This document shows positions 19,457-29,457 of a stretch of 64,000 nucleotides of DNA, one piece after another. The notes under the pieces were generated by a model. The model did no database searches. It worked only from the letters and a program-made list of their open reading frames with translations, and was not told where the DNA came from. How positions within the stretch are numbered: position 1 is the first letter of the stretch; every line of letters starts with the position of its first letter. This DNA is from Bacilli bacterium. GTDB taxonomy: Bacteria; Bacillota_I; Bacilli_A; ML615J-28; CAG-698. A program made the translations under genes and the position numbers. Location of the stretch: assembly GCA_050953065.1 (NCBI GenBank), contig JBMNLZ010000001.1:192001-256000 (forward strand). Reading direction: 5' to 3'.

Positions 19457-20294
19457 AATCTCCTTTAATCAAAATAATTTTATCATCTAAAATCGAAATT
19501 AATTCCCTTTTATACAAGTACCCTATCGCTTTTTTAAAAGCACTTTTACTCATTTTAAAAACTCTATATATAATATCTGGATCTGTTTTTTCAGTAAAAT
19601 TTAAAACATCATTATGAGTAAGCATATATTTATATAAAATTTTTGCATCATCGATTATTTGAATTTCTTTATTTTCAATGGTTGTTCCTAAAATACCTTT
19701 TACATCATTTTTAAGAACTTTAAACTCTAATTTTTCACCTAATCTATATTCTTTTCGTAAATTCTTATAATAAATAAAAACAATATTATAATTTTTTGTA
19801 ACAACATTAATACCATCATTAGAAATTCTATAGACATAACCAAAATATTTTTTATCTTCCTCTAAAGTTTCTCGCTTTAATCTTTCTATATCCTTCTTTA
19901 ATAGAGGTTTTGCAACCAATCTATCTCTAACAATTTTTAATATAACTAAAATTTTATCCTTTTCATTTGGCCATATAGCAACATTAACTGGCAAATCATC
20001 AGATGATATAAGAATATCTTTACTAATTCCAATATTTATAAATACACCAAAATCTTTTTTAGCTACTACAGTCCCAAAGCCAGGCTGCTCAATTGTTATT
20101 GTAGGATTTTCTAGTGTAGCAGCAATTCTATTTTTTTTATCTAAATACACAAAAGCATCTACTTTTTGATTTATTAACAGTTTTTTTTCACAACATTCAT
20201 TATAATGCAAAAAAACTTCATCGTCACCAATTTTAAGCATATATCCTATTTGCGTTTCTCTAACTACAACAGCTTCATTTATTTTCCCTATCAT
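19440..20294 (-). CDS. cvfB: CvfB-family S1-domain RNA-binding protein
   Basis: Tandem S1-like domains and C-terminal winged helix (FKMSKSAFKKAIGYLYK). Likely start ATG 20294; the track gives 20309. Confidence 0.85.
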   Translation of the reverse strand: MIGKINEAVVVRETQIGYMLKIGDDEVFLHYNECCEKKLLINQKVDAFVYLDKKNRIAATLENPTITIEQPGFGTVVAKKDFGVFINIGISKDILISSDDLPVNVAIWPNEKDKILVILKIVRDRLVAKPLLKKDIERLKRETLEEDKKYFGYVYRISNDGINVVTKNYNIVFIYYKNLRKEYRLGEKLEFKVLKNDVKGILGTTIENKEIQIIDDAKILYKYMLTHNDVLNFTEKTDPDIIYRVFKMSKSAFKKAIGYLYKRELISILDDKIILIKGDYEFED

Positions 20295-21495
20295 TAATTT
20301 TCCTTTCATTAGACTTTTTGATGCCTATACCAATAGACTCCTCACCATATCTATTTTTTATATCACTTATTAATTCTTGCACTTTGTTTTGTTCATCTAC
20401 AACTTCATTATTTGAAAACAAATCAAATTGTTTGCTCTCAATACTAGATTCAACTAATTTTGAAACGAAGACTCCCATTAATCTTACTTCAAAATATTCA
20501 GGTAAATTATCTTCTAAAACAAGTTCTAGCATTTCATATATCACATATTCATCATCTGTTGCTACTTCTAATAACCTACTTCTAGAAATTATATGAAAAT
20601 CACTGAATTTAATTTGTAAGCCTACACTCTGTGCTTTTACTCCTTTTTGATTCATCCGATAAACAATAGAGTTTATAAGGTATTTTAAAGCTTTTTTTAA
20701 ATAACTCAACTCAAAAATATTTGTTTCAAAAGTATGGGAATTGCTAATTGATTCGGCATTATCATAATTTTCATATTCTACTTTTGATGAATCATTGCCG
20801 TTAGCCCTTTCTAACAAACTATTAGCATAATTAACCCCCAAAGTTTTTTTAATTAAATTCAAATCTTTAAAATTTGCTAAATCACCAATTGTTTTAATTC
20901 CAATTGATTCTAGTTTTTGAAAAGTTTTTTTTCCTACTCCATGCATTTTATTAATAGGCAACGGCCATAATTTATCAACTAATTCTTTTTTTCTTAAAAC
21001 AGTAATTCCAAATGGTTTATTCATATCACTAGCCATTTTTGCAAGAAACTTATTTGATGCAATTCCAATGCTAATTGACAATTTAAACATATTCATAATC
21101 TTATTTTGAACATGTTTAGCAAAATCAATCGCTTCCGCTCCTTGAAACATATCGCTTACATCCATATATGCTTCATCAATAGATGCAACTTCCGTTTTTT
21201 TATTTAGACTAATTAAATATTTAAAAACCTGATTAGAATAAGCATTATACATCTCCATTTTAGGTTCAACTATTTTTATATTTGGACATAGTTTAATTGC
21301 TTCTGCTGTTAACATAGTAGTTTTTATACCAAACTGTCTAGCCAAATAATTTGGCGATAAAATTATACTTCTTTTAAAGACATCATTTTTAGCAACTACA
21401 ATTGGAACATTTTTATATGAAGCCTCTTCTGCCATTTCACAAGCTGCAAAAAAAGCATCTAAATCCAAATGAAATATAATTTTTGAACTTTTCAT
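20275..21495 (-). CDS. dinB: DNA polymerase IV (Y family)
   Basis: HLDLDAFFA, NYLARQFGI, SIDEAY, LAKMASD and HGVGKKT motifs. Confidence 0.95.
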   Translation of the reverse strand: MKSSKIIFHLDLDAFFAACEMAEEASYKNVPIVVAKNDVFKRSIILSPNYLARQFGIKTTMLTAEAIKLCPNIKIVEPKMEMYNAYSNQVFKYLISLNKKTEVASIDEAYMDVSDMFQGAEAIDFAKHVQNKIMNMFKLSISIGIASNKFLAKMASDMNKPFGITVLRKKELVDKLWPLPINKMHGVGKKTFQKLESIGIKTIGDLANFKDLNLIKKTLGVNYANSLLERANGNDSSKVEYENYDNAESISNSHTFETNIFELSYLKKALKYLINSIVYRMNQKGVKAQSVGLQIKFSDFHIISRSRLLEVATDDEYVIYEMLELVLEDNLPEYFEVRLMGVFVSKLVESSIESKQFDLFSNNEVVDEQNKVQELISDIKNRYGEESIGIGIKKSNERKINDRENK

Positions 21496-21571
21496 TTTTT
21501 TATTTCCTTTTTTAAAAATTTATGTTATAATATCTATGTTATTATTATATCATAAATATGAGAGGTGCAAA

Positions 21572-21784
21572 ATGAAAAAAAATCAAAAAGCAAAAAAAAC
21601 TAAAAAAGAAAAAAAACCTTTGCTTGAAACTAGAGTAAAACCAGATAATTCTGTTGAAGTTGAACTTAAAAAAAACCCTGCAGAAACTATTTTTGGTAAA
21701 ATATTATTACTTTTAATAATTGCAGGAATGATATTAGTTCCACTAATTCTTGTAATAAAATTGCTTATTGATGCAATGAATTAA
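21572..21784 (+). CDS. Small basic protein with C-terminal TM helix
   Basis: SD GAGGTG before ATG 21572, upstream TGnTATAAT, and a downstream terminator. Confidence 0.75.
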   Translation: MKKNQKAKKTKKEKKPLLETRVKPDNSVEVELKKNPAETIFGKILLLLIIAGMILVPLILVIKLLIDAMN

Positions 21785-21789
21785 TAATT

Positions 21790-21818
21790 AAAACTTCGCA
21801 TAAAATGCGAAGTTTTTT
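21790..21818. terminator. Bidirectional intrinsic terminator
   Basis: AAAACTTCGCA/TGCGAAGTTTT stem between convergent genes. Confidence 0.85.
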
Positions 21819-22461
21819 ATTTCTTAAATCCCTCTTGTTCATTTGATGCAGTATTATCTAATTCAGGATTTTCAGTTTCAGCTAATTTACTATAAATAAT
21901 AGTAACAGGAGAAACAATTAAACACGATAATGTTACTTCAATTAAAAAATTAGATGCTAATAAAGTAAGCAATAAAGTTAAGAACTTAAAGTTATCTGGA
22001 AAAGGATAGTCTTTAGCAAAGAAAAAGAAGCCATATTTCCACGAAAAGAAAAGTAATGTTATAACTAATAATGAATGTATAAAAGTAGCTAGAAAAGCAG
22101 TTATAATAACTCCTATTTTTCTTCCCTTTGTAATTTTATTAAACAAATTGTATATATCTATTGCAATAAAGCCAACTAAAACACGTGGGAAAACACTAAC
22201 TAAAGGATTAGTAAAAACAATAGTATCCACGGTTTGGTTCCTAAAAGCTAAATACAATGAAGCTAACCCCCATGCCAACCCTAAAAAAGAACCATACCAA
22301 CGCCCTAAAGCAATAGCTCCTATTAAAACTGGAATATGAATAATTGTTATTTCTATACCACTAAGTTTAGGAAATCCTAGTCCCGTAAAAGTTAACACTA
22401 AAATTATTGCTAATAACAATGAACATAGTGCTAAATCAAAAGTTTTAATTCTTTTTTTCAT
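21817..22461 (-). CDS. ECF transporter S component (PanT-like)
   Basis: ITIIHIPVLIGAI..G...G..LG..WG and NPLVSVFPRVLVG patterns. Confidence 0.78.
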   Translation of the reverse strand: MKKRIKTFDLALCSLLLAIILVLTFTGLGFPKLSGIEITIIHIPVLIGAIALGRWYGSFLGLAWGLASLYLAFRNQTVDTIVFTNPLVSVFPRVLVGFIAIDIYNLFNKITKGRKIGVIITAFLATFIHSLLVITLLFFSWKYGFFFFAKDYPFPDNFKFLTLLLTLLASNFLIEVTLSCLIVSPVTIIYSKLAETENPELDNTASNEQEGFKK

Positions 22462-22469
22462 TTTTCACC

Positions 22470-23744
22470 TTATTCTATGAATTCAAATTCATATCCAAAA
22501 ATTCGAACAACATCACCATTTTTAACACCGAGTTTTCGAAGTTCAGCATCAACACCCATAGTTCTTAATTTTCTTGCAAAAATTTTTGCATTTGTTTCAT
22601 TAGAAAAATCTGTTCGCTCAAATATTTTTTTAACAACTGCCCCTTCAACATTATATACACCATCAGAATCTTTTTTGATAACAAATTTTTCTTCTTCTTT
22701 TTCATATTTGTATTCAACAAATTCAGTTATAGTTTTATCTTCAAAGGTAGTTATTGATGATGTTTCTAATAAATCAGCAACCTTATATAAAAGTTTATCT
22801 AGATTTTCTCGTGTATATGCACTGATTTCTATTATTGGTCTATCGATAACTTCTTTCATTTTTTCAATAATATCACGATTAGATATAATATCAATTTTAT
22901 TTAAAACTACCAACATAGGTCTTTCAAGTAATTTAGGATTAAATTTTTCTAATTCTTTATTAATAACTGAATAGTTAGTTAAAAGATTATGTTCATCGAC
23001 TTGACTAATATCTATTAAATGAATAATAACTCTAGTTCTTTCTATATGTTTTAAAAATCTATATCCTAAACCTAAACCACTACTAGCTCCTTCAATTAAT
23101 CCAGGTAAGTCAGCCATTACAAAACTTCTACCATCAGGTACTTGAACAACCCCTAAATTAGGAACAAGTGTGGTAAATGGATAATCAGCAATTTTAACTT
23201 TTGCTTTTGACAATGCCGATATAAGTGTACTTTTACCAGCATTTGGAAGTCCCACAAGACCTACATCTGCTAATAATTTAAGTTCTATTTTAATAGTTTT
23301 TTCTTCTCCAGGTTCTCCTTTTTCACAAATTTCAGGAGCAGTAACTCTAGATGTTGCAAATCTGGCATTACCTTTTCCACCTTTTCCACCTGAGGCTACA
23401 AGTAATTCTTGTTTATCTTTAGTAATATCACCAATTATTATTTTTTTTTCATAATCATATATAACACTGCCAATTGGAACTCTAATATAAGTATTTTCGC
23501 CATTTTTCCCGAATTTGTTTTTACTCATACCATTTTGTCCGTTTTCTGATGTTATTTTCTTTTGATACCTAAAATCTAGTAATGTAGTCAATCCTTCATC
23601 TCCAATGAAAATGATACTTCCACCGTTTCCGCCATCACCACCTGAAGGGCCACCGAAAGGGACGTATTTTTCACGTCTAAAAGCAACAATACCATTTCCA
23701 CCCCTACCAGCTTTAACTTTTATTACTACTTCATCAATAAACAT
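22470..23744 (-). CDS. obgE: GTPase ObgE
   Basis: MFIDEV start at 23744, Gly-rich Obg fold, GLPNAGKS, YPFTT, DLPG and NKID motifs, OCT domain. Confidence 0.98.
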   Translation of the reverse strand: MFIDEVVIKVKAGRGGNGIVAFRREKYVPFGGPSGGDGGNGGSIIFIGDEGLTTLLDFRYQKKITSENGQNGMSKNKFGKNGENTYIRVPIGSVIYDYEKKIIIGDITKDKQELLVASGGKGGKGNARFATSRVTAPEICEKGEPGEEKTIKIELKLLADVGLVGLPNAGKSTLISALSKAKVKIADYPFTTLVPNLGVVQVPDGRSFVMADLPGLIEGASSGLGLGYRFLKHIERTRVIIHLIDISQVDEHNLLTNYSVINKELEKFNPKLLERPMLVVLNKIDIISNRDIIEKMKEVIDRPIIEISAYTRENLDKLLYKVADLLETSSITTFEDKTITEFVEYKYEKEEEKFVIKKDSDGVYNVEGAVVKKIFERTDFSNETNAKIFARKLRTMGVDAELRKLGVKNGDVVRIFGYEFEFIE

Positions 23745-23760
23745 AAACCCCTCTTTTTCC

Positions 23761-23788
23761 AAAAAAATGCACCTTAGGTGCATTTTTT
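23761..23788 (-). terminator. Terminator-like hairpin between rpmA and obgE
   Basis: AAAAAATGCACC/GGTGCATTTTTT perfect inverted repeat. Confidence 0.75.
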
Positions 23789-24068
23789 ATTTTGCTTCAT
23801 ATACAGAAACTTGTTTTTTGTCTTTTCCTTTGCGTTCATATTTTACATAACCTGTTATTTTAGCAAATAACGTGTCATCTTTCCCACGACCTACATTATT
23901 TCCAGGAAAAATTTTAGTTCCTCTTTGGCGAAAAATAATAGATCCTTCATGAGCAAATTCACCATCTGACAATTTACACCCTAATCTTTTTGCATGCGAA
24001 TCGCGGCCATTTTTAGTAGAACCAGCAGCTTTCTTTGATGCGAAAAATTGTATATTAATTTTAAACAT
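23787..24068 (-). CDS. rpmA: 50S ribosomal protein L27 with N-terminal Prp-cleaved extension
   Basis: [24 protein letters not shown]. Confidence 0.98.
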   Translation of the reverse strand: MFKINIQFFASKKAAGSTKNGRDSHAKRLGCKLSDGEFAHEGSIIFRQRGTKIFPGNNVGRGKDDTLFAKITGYVKYERKGKDKKQVSVYEAK

Positions 24069-24069
24069 T

Positions 24070-24393
24070 TTAATTCTCCTTTATTTTTGATATTTTAACA
24101 TTTTTAGCATATTGTTTTGATATGCTAGTCAAACACTCTTCCAAGTTTTCTAAAATTAAATTACTCATTTCACTTGGATTAGTTATTTGAATTTTCATTT
24201 TTGCATTTTTTTCATCGCAAAAATATTTAAAATCTTTTGTGACCTTTTCTAAAAGCCCTAAACTTAAATAAAAAGCCGTTGAAACAGCACTACAAACAAT
24301 ATCTTTTCCTAGTTCATCATAGCCTGAATGTCCTTCAATTGATATTTCTTTAAACTCCGTTTCACTTTTTATTAAATTTACTTTAATCATCAT
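24070..24393 (-). CDS. prp: Ribosomal-processing cysteine protease Prp
   Basis: GHS and DIVCSAVS catalytic motifs; lies between rplU and rpmA. Confidence 0.93.
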   Translation of the reverse strand: MMIKVNLIKSETEFKEISIEGHSGYDELGKDIVCSAVSTAFYLSLGLLEKVTKDFKYFCDEKNAKMKIQITNPSEMSNLILENLEECLTSISKQYAKNVKISKIKEN

Positions 24394-24692
24394 TAACCTT
24401 CTAAAGATACAATTTGAACTTTTGTATAAGGCTGACGATGCCCTTGTTTTTTATGATAGTTTTTCTTTGACTTGTATTTGTAAACAATGATTTTTTTGCC
24501 CCTTCCTTCTTTTACAACTACACCAAGAACTTTTGCACCTTTAACAAAAGGTTCACCAATTTTACCATTAATCATTAAAACTTTATCAAAAACAACTTCT
24601 TTGCCTGCTTCAATATCTAATTTTTCGACATAAACAAAGTCATCTTTAGAAACTTTATACTGTTTTCCACCAGTTTCAATTACTGCATACAT
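24393..24692 (-). CDS. rplU: 50S ribosomal protein L21
   Basis: [14 protein letters not shown]...GHRQPYT. Confidence 0.98.
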   Translation of the reverse strand: MYAVIETGGKQYKVSKDDFVYVEKLDIEAGKEVVFDKVLMINGKIGEPFVKGAKVLGVVVKEGRGKKIIVYKYKSKKNYHKKQGHRQPYTKVQIVSLEG

Positions 24693-24780
24693 AATAGCTC
24701 CTCCTCATTTATTCATTAAGACACGCCTTTAAGGTGATTAAACTTATACCTTTTTAGAGCGGTGGCTTTTACACAACATA
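24693..24780 (-). ncRNA. L21 leader-like cis-regulatory RNA
   Basis: Relatively GC-rich 5' UTR (GTTGTGT...CCACCGCTC...AGG...CACCT...GGCGTGTCT) between the promoter and rplU. Resembles the Firmicutes L21 leader from memory; no covariance search was run. Confidence 0.65.
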
Positions 24781-24783
24781 GTT

Positions 24784-24812
24784 ATTTTACTACTTTTTAC
24801 ATATAAAGTCAA
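24784..24812 (-). promoter_or_regulatory. SigA-type promoter of rplU-prp-rpmA
   Basis: TTGACT-17-TAAAAT. Confidence 0.7.
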
Positions 24813-24822
24813 GGTAAAATAG

Positions 24823-25476
24823 TTATATTTTACCTATAATATTTAATATTTCATTTGCTTTATTAATAAAATATTTAGGTTTTCCTACCTCTTCTGGTTT
24901 TCTAAATCCCCATGTGACAATAGCACAATCTATTCCAGCATTATTTGCTAATTGTAAATCCACATCAGTATCACCTATATATAGGATTTCTTCTTTTTTT
25001 AAATTATTATTTAAAATTATTTGATTTAACATTTTTGGATTAGGTTTATGTGGTTCTTCCTTAATTCCACCTTGAACAAAGTTAAAAATATTAGGGAAAT
25101 TTTTATATATAATCTCCTTAGCTTCAAGATTTGGCTTATTTGATAAAACCCCTAAAAATATATTCATTTTTTTTATTTTTGTTAATACTTCAATCATCCC
25201 AGGATATGGTTTTGTATTAATATATTTACTATTTATATAATGTCTTCTATAAGATGATTTCACTTGTTCATGCAATTCAATTTTATTAAAAGGCATTAGC
25301 GCTCTAGTAATCAGTACATCTACACCATTTCCAACAAAATACTTTATTTCTTCAGATGAATAATTTCCTTTTAAACCATTTTCAATCAAAGCATAATTAA
25401 CACTAATTTTTAAATCTTCTAAAGTATCAAGTAAAGTACCATCCAAGTCAAATATAACCGTTTTATAATTGCTCAC
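24823..25476 (-). CDS. HAD-superfamily hydrolase (phosphoglycolate phosphatase-like)
   Basis: FDLDGTL, SNK, KPNP and IGDTDVD motifs; GTG start overlaps the ilvE stop. Confidence 0.9.
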   Translation of the reverse strand: MSNYKTVIFDLDGTLLDTLEDLKISVNYALIENGLKGNYSSEEIKYFVGNGVDVLITRALMPFNKIELHEQVKSSYRRHYINSKYINTKPYPGMIEVLTKIKKMNIFLGVLSNKPNLEAKEIIYKNFPNIFNFVQGGIKEEPHKPNPKMLNQIILNNNLKKEEILYIGDTDVDLQLANNAGIDCAIVTWGFRKPEEVGKPKYFINKANEILNIIGKI

Positions 25477-26525
25477 TACTTTACTTCATAACTCCAATCC
25501 AAATATTTTTCTTCACCAAATTGAATTGATTTCAAATAATCAAAAAGTTTTTTAGTAACAGAGCCAACTTTAAAATCATTTATAATCATAGTAGTCCCCT
25601 GATAAAACAATTCACCAATTGGCGTAATCACAGCTGCAGTTCCTGTGCCCCATGCTTCTTCCAAAATTCCTTTTTTAGAAGCTTCCATCAATTCTTGAAT
25701 AGATAACTTCCTTTCTTCAACATCATAACCAAATGATTTTAAAATTTTAATACATGAATCTCTAGTAACCCCAGGCAAAATACTTCCATCCAAAGGAGCA
25801 GTAACAACTTTTCCGTCTATCTTAAACATAACATTCATTGTTCCGACTTCTTCAACATATTTTCTTTCAACACCATCTAACCATAAAACTTGAGAAAAAC
25901 CTTTTTTTTGAGCATTTTCAGCAGCAATAATACTAGCTGCATAATTTCCACCACATTTAGCTTCTCCAGTTCCACCTCTAACAGCTCTAACATAGTAATC
26001 TTCTACATAGATTCTACTAGGTTCAAACTTATAATATTCAGATGATGGCGAACAAATAATTACAAATCTATATGATTTACTAGCTTTTACGCCTAAACCA
26101 ACATCTGTTGCATACATAAACGGTCTAATATATAAAGAAGAATTCTTATCTTTCGGAATCCAATCTCTTTCAATTTTTACTAACGTTTCAACACATTGCA
26201 AAAATTCTTCAGCAGGAATAACTGGCATACATAATCTTTCATTAGATCTCATAAATCTCTTAGCATTTTCCATTGGTCTAAATAATAGCACTTTATCTTC
26301 TAAAGTTCGATATGCTTTCATTCCTTCAAAAGTTTCTTGAGCATAATGTAATACATAAATGGAAGGATTATAGGAAAAATTTTCAAAAGCAGTTATAACA
26401 GGTGTTTCCCACTTTCCATCTTTATAATCACGATATAACAAATAATCAGTTTGATACTTGCCAAAACCTAAATTACCTTGTGGTTTTTCTTTTAAAACTT
26501 CTCTTTTTTCAAATTTAATTTCCAT
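25476..26525 (-). CDS. ilvE: Branched-chain amino acid aminotransferase
   Basis: LHYAQETFEGMKAY, YIRP, AKCGGNY, LPGVTR and GTAAVI motifs. Confidence 0.96.
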   Translation of the reverse strand: MEIKFEKREVLKEKPQGNLGFGKYQTDYLLYRDYKDGKWETPVITAFENFSYNPSIYVLHYAQETFEGMKAYRTLEDKVLLFRPMENAKRFMRSNERLCMPVIPAEEFLQCVETLVKIERDWIPKDKNSSLYIRPFMYATDVGLGVKASKSYRFVIICSPSSEYYKFEPSRIYVEDYYVRAVRGGTGEAKCGGNYAASIIAAENAQKKGFSQVLWLDGVERKYVEEVGTMNVMFKIDGKVVTAPLDGSILPGVTRDSCIKILKSFGYDVEERKLSIQELMEASKKGILEEAWGTGTAAVITPIGELFYQGTTMIINDFKVGSVTKKLFDYLKSIQFGEEKYLDWSYEVK

Positions 26526-26535
26526 TTTTTATACC

Positions 26536-27612
26536 TCAATTTATATTTTTGATTATTAAATCAGTAATTTCTCTATTATTACATTTTTTAGTTTCATCGC
26601 CTTCGTAAATATCTAACGTTCTATAACCTTCATTTAAGACTTTATCGACCGCTTTTTCAATTACATCCGCCTCTTTTTCAAGCCCAAAAGAATATCTAAG
26701 CATCATTGCTGCAGAAAGTATAGTAGCAATAGGATTAGCTATTCCTTTGCCAGCAATGTCTGGAGCAGAACCATGAATTGGTTCATACATACCACATTTT
26801 GTATCTCCCAAAGAAGATGAAGGTAGCATACCAATTGACCCTGTTAATTGTGAAGCCTCATCTGATAATATATCACCAAACATATTAGATGTTACAATAA
26901 CGTCAAACTGTTGAGGATTTCTTACCAATTGCATTGCTGCATTATCAACTAACATATCAATTACTTCTACTTCTGGATATTCTTTTGCTAAAGAATGAAT
27001 AGTTTCTCTCCATAATCTAGAACTCTCAAGTACATTAGCTTTATCAATACTAGTAACTTTTTTACCCCTTTTCATAGCAATTTCAAAAGCTACTCTACCT
27101 ATTCTTTCTATTTCCATAACACTATAACATTCCGTATCAAAAGCTTCTAGTCCATACTCGCCTTCTCTTCGTCCATTTTCTCCAAAATACATTCCACCAG
27201 TTAATTCCCTAACTATAACTATATCAAACCCATCCTTTACTATTTCTGGTTTTAACGGACAGGCACCTTTTAAAGCAGGATATAATTTAGCTGGTCTAAG
27301 ATTTGAAAACAAGCCTAAAGCTGATCTAATCCCCAACAAAGCTTTTTCTGGTCTTAAGTGTCCTGGTAAATTATCCCATTTAGGGCCACCTACAGCTCCT
27401 AGTATAACGCTATCACTGTCTTTGCAGCCTTTAATTGTTTCTTCTGGTAAAGGTATTCCATATTTATCTATAGCACACCCTCCTGCTAAATATTCTTTAT
27501 ATTTAAACTCGTGTCCATATTTTTTACCTATTACATCCAATACTTCACAAGTGCTATTTACAATTTCCGGACCTATTCCGTCTCCTTTTAATAAAGCAAT
27601 TTTAAACTTCAT
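26536..27612 (-). CDS. leuB: 3-isopropylmalate dehydrogenase
   Basis: [28 protein letters not shown] and [12 protein letters not shown] motifs. Confidence 0.97.
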   Translation of the reverse strand: MKFKIALLKGDGIGPEIVNSTCEVLDVIGKKYGHEFKYKEYLAGGCAIDKYGIPLPEETIKGCKDSDSVILGAVGGPKWDNLPGHLRPEKALLGIRSALGLFSNLRPAKLYPALKGACPLKPEIVKDGFDIVIVRELTGGMYFGENGRREGEYGLEAFDTECYSVMEIERIGRVAFEIAMKRGKKVTSIDKANVLESSRLWRETIHSLAKEYPEVEVIDMLVDNAAMQLVRNPQQFDVIVTSNMFGDILSDEASQLTGSIGMLPSSSLGDTKCGMYEPIHGSAPDIAGKGIANPIATILSAAMMLRYSFGLEKEADVIEKAVDKVLNEGYRTLDIYEGDETKKCNNREITDLIIKNIN

Positions 27613-27660
27613 TTAATCACTAAAAACTCTTATTCTATAAGAGTTTTTCTCCTTTCAATT
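27613..27660 (-). promoter_or_regulatory. Shine-Dalgarno separated from the leuB start by a 12-bp hairpin
   Basis: Minus strand reads AATTGAAAGGAG-[AAAAACTCTTAT AGA ATAAGAGTTTTT]-AGTGATTAA-ATG. Confidence 0.6.
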
Positions 27661-27669
27661 TTTTATATT

Positions 27670-28167
27670 TTATTTATCTAATTTTCCAGACTTAGCTACT
27701 TCTACCAAGCCGTTACCGTTTATAATTTTTTGTACAAATGCTGGAAAAGCTGGAACTTTATATTCTTTATTTTGAGTAATATTTTTAACAATACCTTTAT
27801 CAAAATCAACCGATACATTATCACCGTTTTTAATAGCTTTAGCTGCTTCTGCATTTTCAATAATAGGTAAACCTATATTAATTGAATTTCTATAAAAAAT
27901 TCTTGCAAAACTCTCAGCAATTATCAAAGATATTCCACTTTCTTTAATTGCAATTGGTGCATGTTCCCTACTAGAGCCACAACCAAAATTCGTTCCAGCA
28001 ACCATAATGTCGCCTTTTGAAATTTTCTTTAAAAAATCTTTATCTAAATCTTCCATACAGTGTGAAGCTAATTCTTTTTTATCACTAGTATTTAAATATC
28101 TAGCAGGAATAATAACATCAGTGTCAATATTGTTCCCATATTTTATTACTTTACCTTCAACTTTCAT
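27670..28167 (-). CDS. leuD: 3-isopropylmalate dehydratase small subunit (short, type 2)
   Basis: [24 protein letters not shown] and FARIFYRN motifs. Confidence 0.95.
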   Translation of the reverse strand: MKVEGKVIKYGNNIDTDVIIPARYLNTSDKKELASHCMEDLDKDFLKKISKGDIMVAGTNFGCGSSREHAPIAIKESGISLIIAESFARIFYRNSINIGLPIIENAEAAKAIKNGDNVSVDFDKGIVKNITQNKEYKVPAFPAFVQKIINGNGLVEVAKSGKLDK

Positions 28168-29435
28168 TATAAAACCTCCTTAGTACTAGAAATTTTTCCA
28201 GTAATGGCACTTGCGGCAGCAACTGCAGGACTAGCAAGATATACTTCAGATTCTACATGCCCCATTCTACCTACAAAATTTCTATTTGTAGTAGCGACTG
28301 CTCTTTCACCTTTAGCTAAAATTCCCATATGTCCACCTAAACAAGGGCCGCATGTTGGAGTAGATATCAAAGCACCTGCATCTAAAAAGATTTTAAATAA
28401 TCCTTTTTTCATAGCTTGCATATATATCTTTGGTGTTGCTGGTATTATAATTGCTCTAACTCCTTTTGCAACTTTTTTTCCCTTAAATATTTTAGCAGCT
28501 ATTTCTAAATCTTCTAATCTACCATTTGTGCAACTTCCAATTACAACTTGATCGATTTTAATATCTTTTATTTCATCAAAAGTTTTAGTATTTTCTGGTA
28601 AATGAGGAAAAGCTACCGTTTGTTTTATTTCAGATAAATCAATTTCATATACTTCATCATAAACTGCATCATCATCTGCAACGAAAATTTTTGGAGTTTT
28701 AGCTTTTGCTTCTTTCAAAAACTTTAAAGTTTTTTCATCTACAATGAATATACCGTTTTTAGCACCTGCTTCTATCGCCATATTACAAATACACAATCTG
28801 TCACTAATAGATAAAGTAGCAACACCTTCACCAGTAAATTCCATTGATCTATATAAAGCACCATCAACACCAATCTTACCAATAATATGTAAAATTACAT
28901 CCTTACCAGTAACCCATTTATTAAGTTTGCCTTTTAAAACAAATTTTATTGCACTGGGAACTTTAAACCACGCCTTACCAGTCGCCATTCCAACCGCCAT
29001 ATCAGTTGAACCAACGCCTGTAGCAAACGCTCCTAATGCCCCATATGTACAAGTATGACTATCAGCACCAATAACAACATCACCACTTGTCACCAAACCT
29101 TTTTCTGGTAGCAAAGCATGTTCAATCCCCATTTCACCACCATCAAAAAAATTAACTATTTTCTTATCATTAGCAAAATTTCTACACATTTTGCATTGTT
29201 CAGCAGCTTTGATATCTTTATTAGGAGCAAAATGGTCCATAACTAAAGCTATTTTCTCTTTTGAAAAAACTTCTTTTTTGCCTATTTTATTAAATTCAGA
29301 AATAGCTACTGGTGAAGTTATATCATTTCCCAACACCATATCTAAATCTACCAATATTAACTCACCAGCTGTTACTTGAGCATTTTCACCAAGTTTTGAA
29401 GCTAATATTTTTTGAGTCATTGTCATTTTTGCCAT
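28167..29435 (-). CDS. leuC: 3-isopropylmalate dehydratase large subunit (422-aa, type 2)
   Basis: [20 protein letters not shown] and TTNRNF motifs. Confidence 0.95.
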   Translation of the reverse strand: MAKMTMTQKILASKLGENAQVTAGELILVDLDMVLGNDITSPVAISEFNKIGKKEVFSKEKIALVMDHFAPNKDIKAAEQCKMCRNFANDKKIVNFFDGGEMGIEHALLPEKGLVTSGDVVIGADSHTCTYGALGAFATGVGSTDMAVGMATGKAWFKVPSAIKFVLKGKLNKWVTGKDVILHIIGKIGVDGALYRSMEFTGEGVATLSISDRLCICNMAIEAGAKNGIFIVDEKTLKFLKEAKAKTPKIFVADDDAVYDEVYEIDLSEIKQTVAFPHLPENTKTFDEIKDIKIDQVVIGSCTNGRLEDLEIAAKIFKGKKVAKGVRAIIIPATPKIYMQAMKKGLFKIFLDAGALISTPTCGPCLGGHMGILAKGERAVATTNRNFVGRMGHVESEVYLASPAVAAASAITGKISSTKEVL

Positions 29436-29457
29436 AAATATTAATTCCTTTCATACT

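Noticed and set aside
22477-22974. 165-aa plus-strand ORF antisense to obgE, plus similar antisense ORFs (for example 28204-28551, 28744-29058, 39827-40102, 8814-9083, 20318-20596)
   Set aside because: They lie entirely opposite conserved genes, have no SD, and show the Ser/Ile/Phe/Pro-rich composition typical of reverse-frame shadows.
23787-24393. L27 N-terminal extension and Prp protease as a novelty
   Set aside because: This is a well-described Firmicutes/Tenericutes system.
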